The position numbers and the translations under genes were made by a program. A stretch of 64,000 bases of DNA from Candidatus Thalassarchaeaceae archaeon (GTDB lineage Archaea; Thermoplasmatota; Poseidoniia; Poseidoniales; Thalassarchaeaceae): contig JBKEHQ010000001.1 of NCBI GenBank assembly GCA_046710875.1, positions 1,119-65,118 on the forward strand, in the 5' to 3' direction. The notes beneath the pieces were generated by a model, which did no database searches, was not told where the DNA came from, and saw nothing but the letters and a program-made list of their open reading frames with translations. The stretch's first letter is position 1, and each line of letters begins with the position of its first letter. Shown piece after piece: positions 49,097 through 59,443 of this stretch.

Positions 49097-51757
49097 TTGT
49101 CAAATTTCAGACCACATCAAAATTTACCAGATGAGGACTCAGAGGAAACTGATGAATGGTTAGAATCACTTCGTTCAGTTGTAGATAATCACGGACTTGA
49201 ACGTGCAAGGATGTTATTGCATGAATTAATGATAGAGGCCAAATATCTATCCATACCAATTAATCGAGTATCTAGAACTCCTTATCTAAATACAATTCAA
49301 TTAAATCAACAACTACCATATCCTGGAGATTTAAAATCTGAAAATAAAATTCAAAATCTAATATTATGGAATGCCGCATTAATAGTTTCGGATGCAAATA
49401 GAAGAATAGATGGAATAGGGGGGCACATATCCTCATACTCATCAAGCGCAACTCTTTATGAAGTAGGCTTCAATCATATTTTTAGAGGTAAAGAAAATAA
49501 TGGAATTGGCGACGCGTTGTATATTCAAGGTCATTGCAGCCCAGGGATATATGCTAGAGCATTTTTAGAAGGAAGAATTTCAAAAGAGCAACTAACTAAT
49601 TTCCGGCAAGAAGCATTTAAAGATGGATTATCATCTTACCCTCATCCTAGGCTAATGAAAGATTTTTGGGAATACCCAACTGTTTCTATGGGCCTAGGGC
49701 CTTTAGCTGCTGTAATGCAAGCTAGATTTTGGAAATATCTGCATATGAGGGGGCTAGCAGACACATCTGAAAGTCGAGTATTTGCATTTTTAGGCGATGG
49801 TGAAATGGATGAGCCAGAATCTATTGCATCTATAGCAGTTGCAGGAAGGGAAAATCTAGATAATTTAATAGTTATAATAAATTGTAACTTACAGAGATTA
49901 GACGGGCCAGTTCGAGGAAATTCAAAAGTTATCCAAGAATTCGAAGGCCTTTACAGAGGGGCAGGTTGGACTGTAATCAAAGTACTATGGAGTTCTGGTT
50001 GGGACCGTTTAATGATGGCAAAATCCAAGGGCATTATTTTGGCAAGAATGGAAGAAATAAATGATGGAGATTGGCAGAGAATGAGTACGTTGGAGCCTGC
50101 TTTATTCCGTTCAGAGTTTTTTTCGAGTAATGCGGCTTTAGAGAAAATCGGTAAATCTCTTTCAGATAATGAAATCTTAGGCCTAACGAGAGGCGGACAT
50201 GATCCAATCAAGGTATATTCTGCATTCAAAGCTGCTGAATCAGCAGAAGGCCCTGCAGTTATACTCGCCCACACTGTCAAAGGCTGGGGAATTGATTCCT
50301 TCGAGGGCCGAAACTCAACTCACCAAAAGAAAAAAATGAACATTGGAGATTTAAAGGCCTACAGAGATAGGCTAGAAATTTCAGTTAATGATTCAGATTT
50401 AGAAAAAAATCCATTTAGTGACTTTGATTCAGAGTCAAAAGAATTTGAATATCTAATAAATCAGAGAGAAAAATTGGGAGGCTTCCTACCCTCCAGAAAA
50501 CCATGTAAGATTGAGATAAATTTACCAAATTCAGAAGTATATTCAGATTTTAATAAAGGTACGCCAAAAGGACAAAAAGTATCTACTACGATGGCTTTTG
50601 TTCGTTTATTAAGAAAAATAATGAAATCTAATATTGGAGAAAAGATTGTACCTATAATTCCAGATGAAGGAAGAACATTTGGGATGGATCCACTTTTTAG
50701 TGAATTTGGAATATTTTCTAGTCAAGGTCAAAAATATACCCCTGTAGATCATAAAATGTTACTTAACTACAAAGAATCAGAAAGTGGGCAAATATTGGAA
50801 GAAGGAATATCCGAAGCTAATGCCATGGCATCTTGGATAGCAAGTGCGACGTCATATTCTCATGCAAATACTCCAACTATGCCATTTTATACATTTTATT
50901 CTATGTTTGGATTTCAACGTGTCGCAGACCAAATATGGAGTGCAGCAGATGCAAGGGCACGAGGCTTCTTGATGGGTGCTACAGCAGGGCGTACAACACT
51001 AAATGGTGAAGGATTACAACATCAAGATGGCCATAGTTTACTCATCGCATCTACTGTACCATCTTGTAGGGCGTGGGATCCTGCATATGCGTATGAATTA
51101 GCCACAATAATAAACCATGGTATGAATGAAATGTGGGGGCAAGAACTAGACGTATTTCATTACATAATGATCTATAATGAAAATCAACAGCAACCTCCAA
51201 AACCTGATGGCATAGATGAAAAAATTATTAAAGGAGGTTATAAATTAGTAGAAGGAAAAAATAATAGTAATCCAAGAGTGAGAATACTTGGATCCGGCCC
51301 GATATTAAAATATGCTAAGCAGGCACATGAAATTCTTAACTCTAAATTTAATATTGATTCTGAACTATGGTCTATTACTTCATATGGTGAGCTACGCAGA
51401 GAAGGATTATTGGCATCACGGCACAATAGATTGAATCCCCAAGAAAAAATAATTCCCTATGTTAAGAATTGCTTTGGAGATAAAACACCAACTATAGCGG
51501 TCTCAGATCATATATCTGCAGTGCCCGAAATGATTCAGCGATGGGTAGGTGGCCATTTTATTGTTTTAGGGACAGATGGTTACGGCCGCTCAGATACTAG
51601 AGAATCTCTACGAGAATTTTTTGAGATTGATACTAATAATATTGTTTTAGGTGCTATTTCAGCATTAGAAAATGATGAAAAATTACCAAATGGTAGTGTA
51701 GAAAATGCGATAAAAATTCTAAATATTAAAACTAATATAATAGATAAAACAAAGTGA
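49097..51757 (+). CDS. aceE: 2-oxoacid (pyruvate) dehydrogenase E1 component, homodimeric AceE type
   Basis: Extended colinearity with E. coli AceE (YIQGHCSPGIYARAFLEGRISKEQLTNFRQE..., LGDGEMDEPES, NCNLQRLDGPVRGN). 886 aa. Confidence 0.85.
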   Translation: MSNFRPHQNLPDEDSEETDEWLESLRSVVDNHGLERARMLLHELMIEAKYLSIPINRVSRTPYLNTIQLNQQLPYPGDLKSENKIQNLILWNAALIVSDANRRIDGIGGHISSYSSSATLYEVGFNHIFRGKENNGIGDALYIQGHCSPGIYARAFLEGRISKEQLTNFRQEAFKDGLSSYPHPRLMKDFWEYPTVSMGLGPLAAVMQARFWKYLHMRGLADTSESRVFAFLGDGEMDEPESIASIAVAGRENLDNLIVIINCNLQRLDGPVRGNSKVIQEFEGLYRGAGWTVIKVLWSSGWDRLMMAKSKGIILARMEEINDGDWQRMSTLEPALFRSEFFSSNAALEKIGKSLSDNEILGLTRGGHDPIKVYSAFKAAESAEGPAVILAHTVKGWGIDSFEGRNSTHQKKKMNIGDLKAYRDRLEISVNDSDLEKNPFSDFDSESKEFEYLINQREKLGGFLPSRKPCKIEINLPNSEVYSDFNKGTPKGQKVSTTMAFVRLLRKIMKSNIGEKIVPIIPDEGRTFGMDPLFSEFGIFSSQGQKYTPVDHKMLLNYKESESGQILEEGISEANAMASWIASATSYSHANTPTMPFYTFYSMFGFQRVADQIWSAADARARGFLMGATAGRTTLNGEGLQHQDGHSLLIASTVPSCRAWDPAYAYELATIINHGMNEMWGQELDVFHYIMIYNENQQQPPKPDGIDEKIIKGGYKLVEGKNNSNPRVRILGSGPILKYAKQAHEILNSKFNIDSELWSITSYGELRREGLLASRHNRLNPQEKIIPYVKNCFGDKTPTIAVSDHISAVPEMIQRWVGGHFIVLGTDGYGRSDTRESLREFFEIDTNNIVLGAISALENDEKLPNGSVENAIKILNIKTNIIDKTK

Positions 51758-51761
51758 TTTA

Positions 51762-52262
51762 ATGGGTAGATTATTTAATTCTATAAAATATTTTTTTAGA
51801 TTGATACCAATGATTATCTCTGGATCATATATTACTTACAAAACATTACCTGAAAAATCTAAACAAGATCTACTGGAAGTTGCTAATAACCCACAAGGAT
51901 GGGGCCTTTCAATTGAGAAAGCATGGGATATATCTAAAATTTCAGCAGAACATTTTAAGGATACATCAATGACTTTAGCAAATTTACTTATTGGTCGAAA
52001 AATATCAAAAAATGATAAACTAAAAGCCAAAGAAGATCTAGCGACATTAAGTATAATAGTTCCACCATTACGGATTTTTATGATTCCCGGAAGCCATATT
52101 TTGTTAGGAATTCTTGCTAATGTAACTCCATGGAGGTTGATTCCTGATGAATGGATACCAATCAATGCACTAAAGAAGATACGTGAAGGAGTTCCTGAGC
52201 ATAAATTAGAAGAAGAAAGTACAATAATGAAAAAATTATTACGTAGAAATAAAAAAAATTAA
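51762..52262 (+). CDS. Hypothetical protein
   Basis: 166 aa, 5 nt after aceE. Segment LSIIVPPLRIFMIPGSHILLGILANV is vaguely LETM1-RBD-like (weak). Confidence 0.4.
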   Translation: MGRLFNSIKYFFRLIPMIISGSYITYKTLPEKSKQDLLEVANNPQGWGLSIEKAWDISKISAEHFKDTSMTLANLLIGRKISKNDKLKAKEDLATLSIIVPPLRIFMIPGSHILLGILANVTPWRLIPDEWIPINALKKIREGVPEHKLEEESTIMKKLLRRNKKN

Positions 52263-52984
52263 GAATTTCCCCTTCGTACATCTTTTAAAGAGTAATTTTG
52301 TTCTAAAACATCTTTTATGGTTACCCAATCAGGTGTAGTGCCATCAATCCATTCATATCTATGGCCAGGAACTAACCTCCAATCCGAGGGTAGACTATTT
52401 AGTAAATCATTAGCAAACTTTAGGCTATTAATTTGTGCCTTTGGATCACTACCAGGCAGGTCAACTCTTCCAGAATGTGCAGTAAAAAGCAAATCTCCTG
52501 CATGATAAATACCATGCCCATGAAATGTAAGATGACCAGGGGCGTGTCCAGGTGAATGGGTAATTTTTAAATTTATTTTACCCACATTCCACTCAATCAC
52601 ACTATCTGGAGGATTATTCCAAGTAGTGGTAAAATCTACTTTATTAAATAACTGATTATTAAATAATGTACTATCTAATAAATCAGGTACTTTGGCTTCT
52701 TCATGACCTAAAATAAGTATTTCTGGAAAATTATTTATCATCTCAGAATAACCCCAAGTATGATCACGATGAGTGTGAGTGTAAAGTAAATGAGTAGGTT
52801 CCAAATCTATTTTTTTAAGTTCCGAAATCCAAAGATTACTATCAAAAGGATCAATTATTACTGCTATTTTTGCCTCGCGATCTATGAATGCAGTATTCAT
52901 ATTCATAAAATCTCCCATTTGTGTTATCCATACTTCAACTCCATCATCTCGAATATCAATCGCAAACTCGCCTTTTGTCAGCAT
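52259..52984 (-). CDS. Metallo-beta-lactamase-fold hydrolase
   Basis: HTHRDHTWG (HxHxDH), downstream His/Asp ligands (HSPGHAPGH). Confidence 0.8.
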   Translation of the reverse strand: MLTKGEFAIDIRDDGVEVWITQMGDFMNMNTAFIDREAKIAVIIDPFDSNLWISELKKIDLEPTHLLYTHTHRDHTWGYSEMINNFPEILILGHEEAKVPDLLDSTLFNNQLFNKVDFTTTWNNPPDSVIEWNVGKINLKITHSPGHAPGHLTFHGHGIYHAGDLLFTAHSGRVDLPGSDPKAQINSLKFANDLLNSLPSDWRLVPGHRYEWIDGTTPDWVTIKDVLEQNYSLKDVRRGNS

Positions 52985-53176
52985 ATTTACTCCGAGCAGA
53001 CTGTCATGGATAGGTCTAACGGTATATTTAGAAGCGTATACTTCAAATCAGATATAATAGGTCGACTAATATGGAACGAATACTCTATTCTTCCGTCCTT
53101 TCCTACTTAAATTCAACTTGTTTTTTAATTCAAAGAGGTTTTTAATAGTCTTTTGGACATTAATGGAGGTAATTAG

Positions 53177-56032
53177 ATGGAATATAATATTCAAGAAACA
53201 GAAATTCATTGGCAAAAAGAATGGGCCAAAGCTAAAGTTTTTGAAGCCAAATTAGATTCCGAAAAGCCAAAATTTTACTGTTTAGAAATGTTTCCATATC
53301 CCTCAGGTAATATGCATATGGGCCACGTTAGAAATTACTCTATTGGAGACTCAATGGCTAGATTTCAAAGACTAATGGGAAAAAATGTACTATATCCAAT
53401 GGGATATGACTCGTTTGGAATGCCTGCAGAGAATGCTGCAAAAAAAGAACAAGGGCATCCTCACTATGTAACTCATAGAAATATTGCAAGTATTAGAGAA
53501 GATCAGGAAAGAATGGGATATTCGTATGACTGGAATCGTTCTTTAACGACCTCAGATGTCGAATATTATCGTTGGAATCAAGAAATTTTTTTAATGCTAA
53601 ATGAAAAAGGCTTGGTCGAACGTAGGTTTGCACCAGTTAATTGGTGCAATGATTGTGATACAGTATTAGCCAATGAGCAGGTAAAGAATAATCGTTGTTG
53701 GAGATGTGGTTTAGAAGTCATTCAGAAAGATATGGCACAATGGTTCCTAAGGATGACTGATTATTCTGATCAATTACTTGATGACCTTGACAATATTGTA
53801 TTCCCTGAAAATGTAAAATCAATGCAACGTAATTGGATTGGAAGGTCCAAAGGAGTTAATATTGACTTTTCTATCGTTGGTTCTAATTCTATAATAGAAG
53901 TCTTTACAACAAGGCCAGATACTATTTTTGGTTCAACATTCGTAACTCTATCTCCCGAACATCCGTTATGCGAAGAAATATGTAAAAATACAGATTGGCA
54001 CGATGGTTGGGAAAAATTAAGAGATGAATGCTCAAAAATGTCTGAATTTGAGCGTATTAATATGTTAAAAGATAAAAAAGGAGTTTTCTTGGGGGGATAT
54101 GCGATTAATCCACTCAATAAGGAAAAAATACCAATTTATGCAGGAAATTTTGTTGTTGCTTCCTATGGTACTGGGGCAGTAATGGCTGTTCCGGGGCATG
54201 ATCAGAGAGATTTTGATTTTGCCAAAAAATATAATCTACCTATTAAAAATGTCCTTGTTGATGAACACGCCAAAAATTTTGATACGAATTTAGATTCTGC
54301 ATTTGAAGGATATGGTCCAATGATCAATTCTTCAATTGAAAAATTTAATGGCCTAAAAGGCGAAGATGCAAAAAGCGCTATCATATCCGAATTGGAAAAG
54401 ATAAATTCAGGCAAAGGAACATTCCAATATAGATTGAAAGATTGGCTTCTATCGAGACAGAGATTTTGGGGCACTCCAATCCCTATGATACATTGTGAAT
54501 TATGCGGGGTTGTCCCAGTTGCAAACTCTGATCTTCCTATCGAACTTCCCTTGGATGTAATTTTTAATGAAACTCAAAGCGGTAACCCCTTGGACAATCA
54601 TCATGATTTTATCAATGTCAAATGTCCTTCTTGCGGTGAAATGGCTAAGAGGGAAACAGATACAATGGATACATTCTATGATTCTTCATGGTATTTTATG
54701 AGATACTGTGATGCAAATAATACCGAATCGCCTTTCAGGAAAGAAACTGTAGATTATTGGATGAAAGATGGTATAGATCTGTACATTGGAGGCATAGAGC
54801 ATGCAGTTATGCATTTACTTTATGCAAGATTTTTTACTAAAATTACTCGTGATTCAAATATGATTTCTATTGATGAACCATTTGGCCGATTAGTTTGCCA
54901 AGGAATGTTAAATTCTCCAACTCCGTATTGTTCTGAATGTAATGTCGACTACCACGTAGATCTTTTTGATCAGAAATGCCCTTCTTGTAATATTTTATTG
55001 ACCAGAAGATCAGCAAAAATGAGCAAATCACTTGGCAATACTGTTAGCCCGGGTGAAATGGTAAACATATATGGGGCCGATACTGTTAGATTATTCATAC
55101 TATTTGGTGCCAATCCAGAAGCTGGAATGGACTGGTCCGATAGTGTATTAGAAGCAAATCATAGACAAATTAAATCAATTATGGAAGCAATAAATACATC
55201 ATTATCTATGAAAGATTCTCCTAATAAAATGGATCCTTGGATTATAGCTAAATTAGGCAAAAATATAGAAAATTGGCAAAATGTAATGTCCAATGTAAGT
55301 ATACGTGAAGGAGTTATGATAAGTCATTTTACAATGCTATCAGATTGGAATTGGTATAGGCGAAGAGGAGGAAATAATTATCAAACTGCTTTACAATTTC
55401 TGGAAGGTTGGTTGCCAATGCTAGCCCCAATAACACCACATTTGGCTGAAGAGTTTTGGCATAGGATGGGGCATAAAGAATTACTAGCAGAATTTCAATT
55501 ACCTGAAAATAAAATACAAATCAATGAAGATATGGTATTAGAATATGAAAATTATTTGCATAAGGTAATTGATTCTTCAAGAAATGTCAAAGGACTTGCA
55601 AAACGTCATACTGATTCAAAAATAACAACCATGGTAATACAAACAGCACCAAAATGGATGTATGATTTAGCAAGAGAAGCAATTGTATTACAATCTAAAT
55701 ATTTCGATTTCAAATCTAAAGGAATAGATCATTTGAAATCACTGCCAATTTTTAAAAATGAACAGATTAGAGGTGAAATATTTAAAATATGGACTAATTT
55801 AACTGTAGGCAGTAAAAAGAAAAGAGGAAAAATTTTCACATGGTCCGAAGATGATAAAAAACTAATTTTAAATATGTTCGATGAATCAAAATTTTTATCA
55901 TCAAATAACTCATTTATTGCAAATGAATTGGAACTAGACGTACTCAGAGTTTATTCTGTAGGGGAGGGCCCAGATGTTGCAGGAAAAGCCAAAGTTGCAT
56001 TCCCCTTGGAGCCTGCTATCGCATTTAGTTAA
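53177..56032 (+). CDS. leuS: Leucyl-tRNA synthetase (archaeal/eukaryal type)
   Basis: HIGH (PSGNMHMGHVRNY), KMSKS (KMSKSLGN), CP1 editing domain, Zn-binding Cys pairs. 951 aa. Confidence 0.9.
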   Translation: MEYNIQETEIHWQKEWAKAKVFEAKLDSEKPKFYCLEMFPYPSGNMHMGHVRNYSIGDSMARFQRLMGKNVLYPMGYDSFGMPAENAAKKEQGHPHYVTHRNIASIREDQERMGYSYDWNRSLTTSDVEYYRWNQEIFLMLNEKGLVERRFAPVNWCNDCDTVLANEQVKNNRCWRCGLEVIQKDMAQWFLRMTDYSDQLLDDLDNIVFPENVKSMQRNWIGRSKGVNIDFSIVGSNSIIEVFTTRPDTIFGSTFVTLSPEHPLCEEICKNTDWHDGWEKLRDECSKMSEFERINMLKDKKGVFLGGYAINPLNKEKIPIYAGNFVVASYGTGAVMAVPGHDQRDFDFAKKYNLPIKNVLVDEHAKNFDTNLDSAFEGYGPMINSSIEKFNGLKGEDAKSAIISELEKINSGKGTFQYRLKDWLLSRQRFWGTPIPMIHCELCGVVPVANSDLPIELPLDVIFNETQSGNPLDNHHDFINVKCPSCGEMAKRETDTMDTFYDSSWYFMRYCDANNTESPFRKETVDYWMKDGIDLYIGGIEHAVMHLLYARFFTKITRDSNMISIDEPFGRLVCQGMLNSPTPYCSECNVDYHVDLFDQKCPSCNILLTRRSAKMSKSLGNTVSPGEMVNIYGADTVRLFILFGANPEAGMDWSDSVLEANHRQIKSIMEAINTSLSMKDSPNKMDPWIIAKLGKNIENWQNVMSNVSIREGVMISHFTMLSDWNWYRRRGGNNYQTALQFLEGWLPMLAPITPHLAEEFWHRMGHKELLAEFQLPENKIQINEDMVLEYENYLHKVIDSSRNVKGLAKRHTDSKITTMVIQTAPKWMYDLAREAIVLQSKYFDFKSKGIDHLKSLPIFKNEQIRGEIFKIWTNLTVGSKKKRGKIFTWSEDDKKLILNMFDESKFLSSNNSFIANELELDVLRVYSVGEGPDVAGKAKVAFPLEPAIAFS

Positions 56033-56061
56033 ACAGCAAAAAGACAAACGCATTTCTCTCG

Positions 56062-57159
56062 GTGGGTTCATGGGGTACTTTACAGTGGATGATAACGTTG
56101 AGCGAACCTAATGGCGAAAACACAAATCGTAACCGACGTGTGAAACGTTTGCGTCGGGATGATAATCAAAACAAATCTAATGAAAAACTAAATTCACAAA
56201 ATTTAGAGTCTGTAGAAAGAGCATTATCACGATTTCAGATATCACCACCCCCTCAAGGAATACCGGATACTATAGAGCCAGAACCAACTACTATTGAATT
56301 AGAATGGCTTACACATGGAGTTCCAAAAGAAACTCAAAAGATAGTTGGCGATATTGTAAGTATGCCAGGAGAATTTGGTTGGTTAGATGAAGTAAAGGTG
56401 ACAAAAATAGCCAAAAAAATTAAAAATTATCCTATTTCTTTAGAACAAGCATTATCTTTACGTTCAGCATTAAATCAAGAAAAGAGTGTATATTCGCATG
56501 GGCGTCTGATGAGTCGTTCAAATGAATTAACAAGACGTTATGATACAGGGCAAGGAATAATATCCCTTTCAAAAAAGTTTGATGCGCCACCTGTTAATAC
56601 TTTCCGTGCAGTACTTACTGGCAGAGGTTGGACAAAAACAAGAATTAAGGAAACATTAAAAAATCCTTCTAAACTTAATAAAAGAGATAAAAGTGAATTT
56701 GAATTGGCGGAAGAACATGATAAAGTAAGTTCAGTAAATCAATCAGAAACACAATCTGCAGCTGAAATATTCGAAGATATTTTATGTAATTATTTTACTT
56801 CCCTGGGTGTTAGATTCAGACGTCAAGAAGAATTACTCGCTGAGCAAAAAAAATCTGAAGGTAGGGCCATCATAACTCCAGATTTATTATTTTTAGATGA
56901 TGTAAGAATAAATGGCTACCCATGTGCATGGATTGACGCAAAACATTTTTTTGGTGCAGATTTAAAGTTTCCAAAAAAGAAAACACAAAAACAAGTTGAC
57001 AGATATGTAAATGAATATGGCTATGGTGCAATAGTTTATCGTCACGGATTTTGTGAAAGTTTGAAATTAGATGGAGCCACTAAATTAGATGCTAGTCCAC
57101 TAGATCTTACCTTATTATCAGATTTTCATGAAAAGAGTAGAAATTCTATATCAGAATAG
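56062..57159 (+). CDS. Hypothetical protein with C-terminal TPD-motif PD-(D/E)xK nuclease-like domain
   Basis: Basic N-terminus (NRNRRVKRLRRDD). C-terminal AIITPDLLFLDD...WIDAKHFFG gives T-P-D plus (D)xK, arranged as in PD-(D/E)xK folds. Confidence 0.5.
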   Translation: MGSWGTLQWMITLSEPNGENTNRNRRVKRLRRDDNQNKSNEKLNSQNLESVERALSRFQISPPPQGIPDTIEPEPTTIELEWLTHGVPKETQKIVGDIVSMPGEFGWLDEVKVTKIAKKIKNYPISLEQALSLRSALNQEKSVYSHGRLMSRSNELTRRYDTGQGIISLSKKFDAPPVNTFRAVLTGRGWTKTRIKETLKNPSKLNKRDKSEFELAEEHDKVSSVNQSETQSAAEIFEDILCNYFTSLGVRFRRQEELLAEQKKSEGRAIITPDLLFLDDVRINGYPCAWIDAKHFFGADLKFPKKKTQKQVDRYVNEYGYGAIVYRHGFCESLKLDGATKLDASPLDLTLLSDFHEKSRNSISE

Positions 57160-58128
57160 TTTAGAAACTTCTGTGATGGCAGTTTTGTATCCCAGCTCAG
57201 TTAATTGTTTAGAAATTATATCAATTTTAAAGTCAGGATTTATAATATCCTTAGGGAGTATTACCACACTTCTCCCAAGCATACATAGTAACGAATTACA
57301 AAAATTTTGTAAATTATTTTCTTTTATTATTATATTTACATCTTTCAGTATTATGGATCTTTTAGAATCAATTATTAATTCACTATCTATTGCAAAATTT
57401 TCTGCTGAAATCAATAATTCTTTCCATCTGGAAGAATTCCATTCACCTTCGGCAATATTCTTCATAGCTTTTAATCCAGCATTTGTAATTTTATCTTTCC
57501 AAATATCGTCATTAATGTATTCCGAAGTATGTTTCCCACTTTCAGGCATCCATGCTAATAAAAGTGGAATATCTTCGGTCCAACCTTCGGACATTCCCGG
57601 TCCTTTAGTCAATGAATTGCCACTATATGGGGAACCTTCGGATAATCGCCTTTCAACTCCTCCTGATGCCAATGCTGTAGTATCTCCCAATCCTGTTGAT
57701 CTTCTACGTTCAATGATATGTGCTACTAAATATGATCTCCGCTTACTTTCTTCATGAGGAATTCCCAATGCACGTTGAAAAGAACTTGCAGCCGCAATAG
57801 CTCCTGATGCAGACATGCCAAATCCTTGAGAAGTTGGTAATGAAAATCTAATATTTAATTCCCATGAATAATTTTTAATCTCAGGAATATCTACTGATAA
57901 AACATCTATGACGTCTTCATATAGATCATTTGTACCATTTCCGTTTAGAAATTTTATATCTAATCTAAAATCTCCCTCCTCTCCTCTAGAAATAACTTCA
58001 ATTCCATCCTTTAAGCACAATCCTGCGCCCAGACTTCCTTGATTTATGGGCTCTATATGATCATCTACAATTGTAAAAAATAGCGTAATGTGTCCTCCAC
58101 ATTGTCCTCTGCCTAGTCTTACAACCAT
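57151..58128 (-). CDS. GHMP-kinase family protein (possibly archaeal pantoate kinase)
   Basis: GHMP ATP-binding motif LPTSQGFGMSASGAIAAAS. About 325 aa. Confidence 0.55.
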   Translation of the reverse strand: MVVRLGRGQCGGHITLFFTIVDDHIEPINQGSLGAGLCLKDGIEVISRGEEGDFRLDIKFLNGNGTNDLYEDVIDVLSVDIPEIKNYSWELNIRFSLPTSQGFGMSASGAIAAASSFQRALGIPHEESKRRSYLVAHIIERRRSTGLGDTTALASGGVERRLSEGSPYSGNSLTKGPGMSEGWTEDIPLLLAWMPESGKHTSEYINDDIWKDKITNAGLKAMKNIAEGEWNSSRWKELLISAENFAIDSELIIDSKRSIILKDVNIIIKENNLQNFCNSLLCMLGRSVVILPKDIINPDFKIDIISKQLTELGYKTAITEVSKLF

Positions 58129-58165
58129 GGCTCTGCTACAACCTTTTAGAAAAGAAGCCTTTCAT

Positions 58166-59053
58166 TTATTTTAAAGCTTCAGACATATCTTTTGATATCA
58201 AATCAAATCGACCAGCTAGTTCCTTTGTAGCCATAGTAAATGCTACTTTCGGAGACATAGATCCATCAGTTTCAAATGATAAAATAAACTCACCTGGAAC
58301 TTCTTCAATTGTAATTGCATTTTTAAAATCCCTCATTTCTTCGGTCCCTTCTCCAACATGATTTAATTCTCTTTCCAACTGAGATACCTTTTCATAATCT
58401 TCTAATTTACCATCTTTGAAATCTTTAGATGTTATACTTAAATTTAAATCCCATAATATTTTTGCTTTTGTTTTATTGTTTATGACTCCAATTTTCCTAG
58501 AAGTAAATGCAACTCCACATACTGGAGACCATTTTGCATGTTGGCGACCTCTTCCCATTATTGCAGTAGCAAAAAATTCAACCATTTGTCCCTTGAATAA
58601 TTTAGTTAAAGGAATTCCTTTGAATTCCTCAATGATACTTAAGGAATCATCACCCATGGGTTTCATATCTCCTGCAGTTATCATTTTACCTTCTCCAGTT
58701 CCAAATGCCTTGCAAGCATATATTACGGAGCATTGAGGGCAACCTCGCTGATCATCTACTAAATCTTTACAAGACGGGCACTCACTTTGGAAGTAAAAAT
58801 CATCATGTCTTGTTACTATTGGTATCATTGCAAGTCTTTGAGCAATTGTTTCATCTGGTACTGGTCCTGTACTTTCCCAAACTTCACCATCTTGTTCTAC
58901 CAAACCTAATTCAAATCTTACTGTATCTATTGCCATTTTTGGAGTATCAGACATCAGAGAACGTCTAATTCCACTTAACAGAGACCTATCAGTATCTGTA
59001 AACAAAATTTGTATATTATTGGCTTCTTCACTAATAATTTTCACTTTAACCAT
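58166..59053 (-). CDS. rpoD: DNA-directed RNA polymerase subunit D (Rpo3)
   Basis: Fe-S Cys cluster CPSCKD...CPQCS...CKAFG. Position directly downstream of the S13-S4-S11 genes, as in archaeal genomes. Confidence 0.8.
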   Translation of the reverse strand: MVKVKIISEEANNIQILFTDTDRSLLSGIRRSLMSDTPKMAIDTVRFELGLVEQDGEVWESTGPVPDETIAQRLAMIPIVTRHDDFYFQSECPSCKDLVDDQRGCPQCSVIYACKAFGTGEGKMITAGDMKPMGDDSLSIIEEFKGIPLTKLFKGQMVEFFATAIMGRGRQHAKWSPVCGVAFTSRKIGVINNKTKAKILWDLNLSITSKDFKDGKLEDYEKVSQLERELNHVGEGTEEMRDFKNAITIEEVPGEFILSFETDGSMSPKVAFTMATKELAGRFDLISKDMSEALK

Positions 59054-59062
59054 ATAATCACC

Positions 59063-59443
59063 TCATACTCTCCTACCGCGTCTTCCGCCTTTACTCTTTG
59101 TTCCATCAGTAGGAATTGGCGTAACATCTTCGATACGTGTTATTTGAACTCCTGCTCTAGTTAATGCTCTAATTGCTGCAGTTGCACCAGGGGCATTGTT
59201 GGACCTATTACCTCCGGCCCCTCTATATTTTACAATTACTTGATTAAAATCTTTTTCAGCCAGCATCTCAGCAATTCTTTCAGCAGCTCTTGTGGCTGCG
59301 AATTGACCGCCAGAATCACTACCTCCTTTGGTTACCATTCCACCTGATACCTTACAGATTGTTTCGCAACCGGTAAGATCAGTGGCTGTTATCAATACAT
59401 TATTGAAAGTACTGTGAATATGTAGGATTGCTTTATGTCCCAT
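59063..59443 (-). CDS. rps11: 30S ribosomal protein S11
   Basis: VKYRGAGGNRSNNAPGATAAIRALTRAG, typical uS11. Confidence 0.9.
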   Translation of the reverse strand: MGHKAILHIHSTFNNVLITATDLTGCETICKVSGGMVTKGGSDSGGQFAATRAAERIAEMLAEKDFNQVIVKYRGAGGNRSNNAPGATAAIRALTRAGVQITRIEDVTPIPTDGTKSKGGRRGRRV

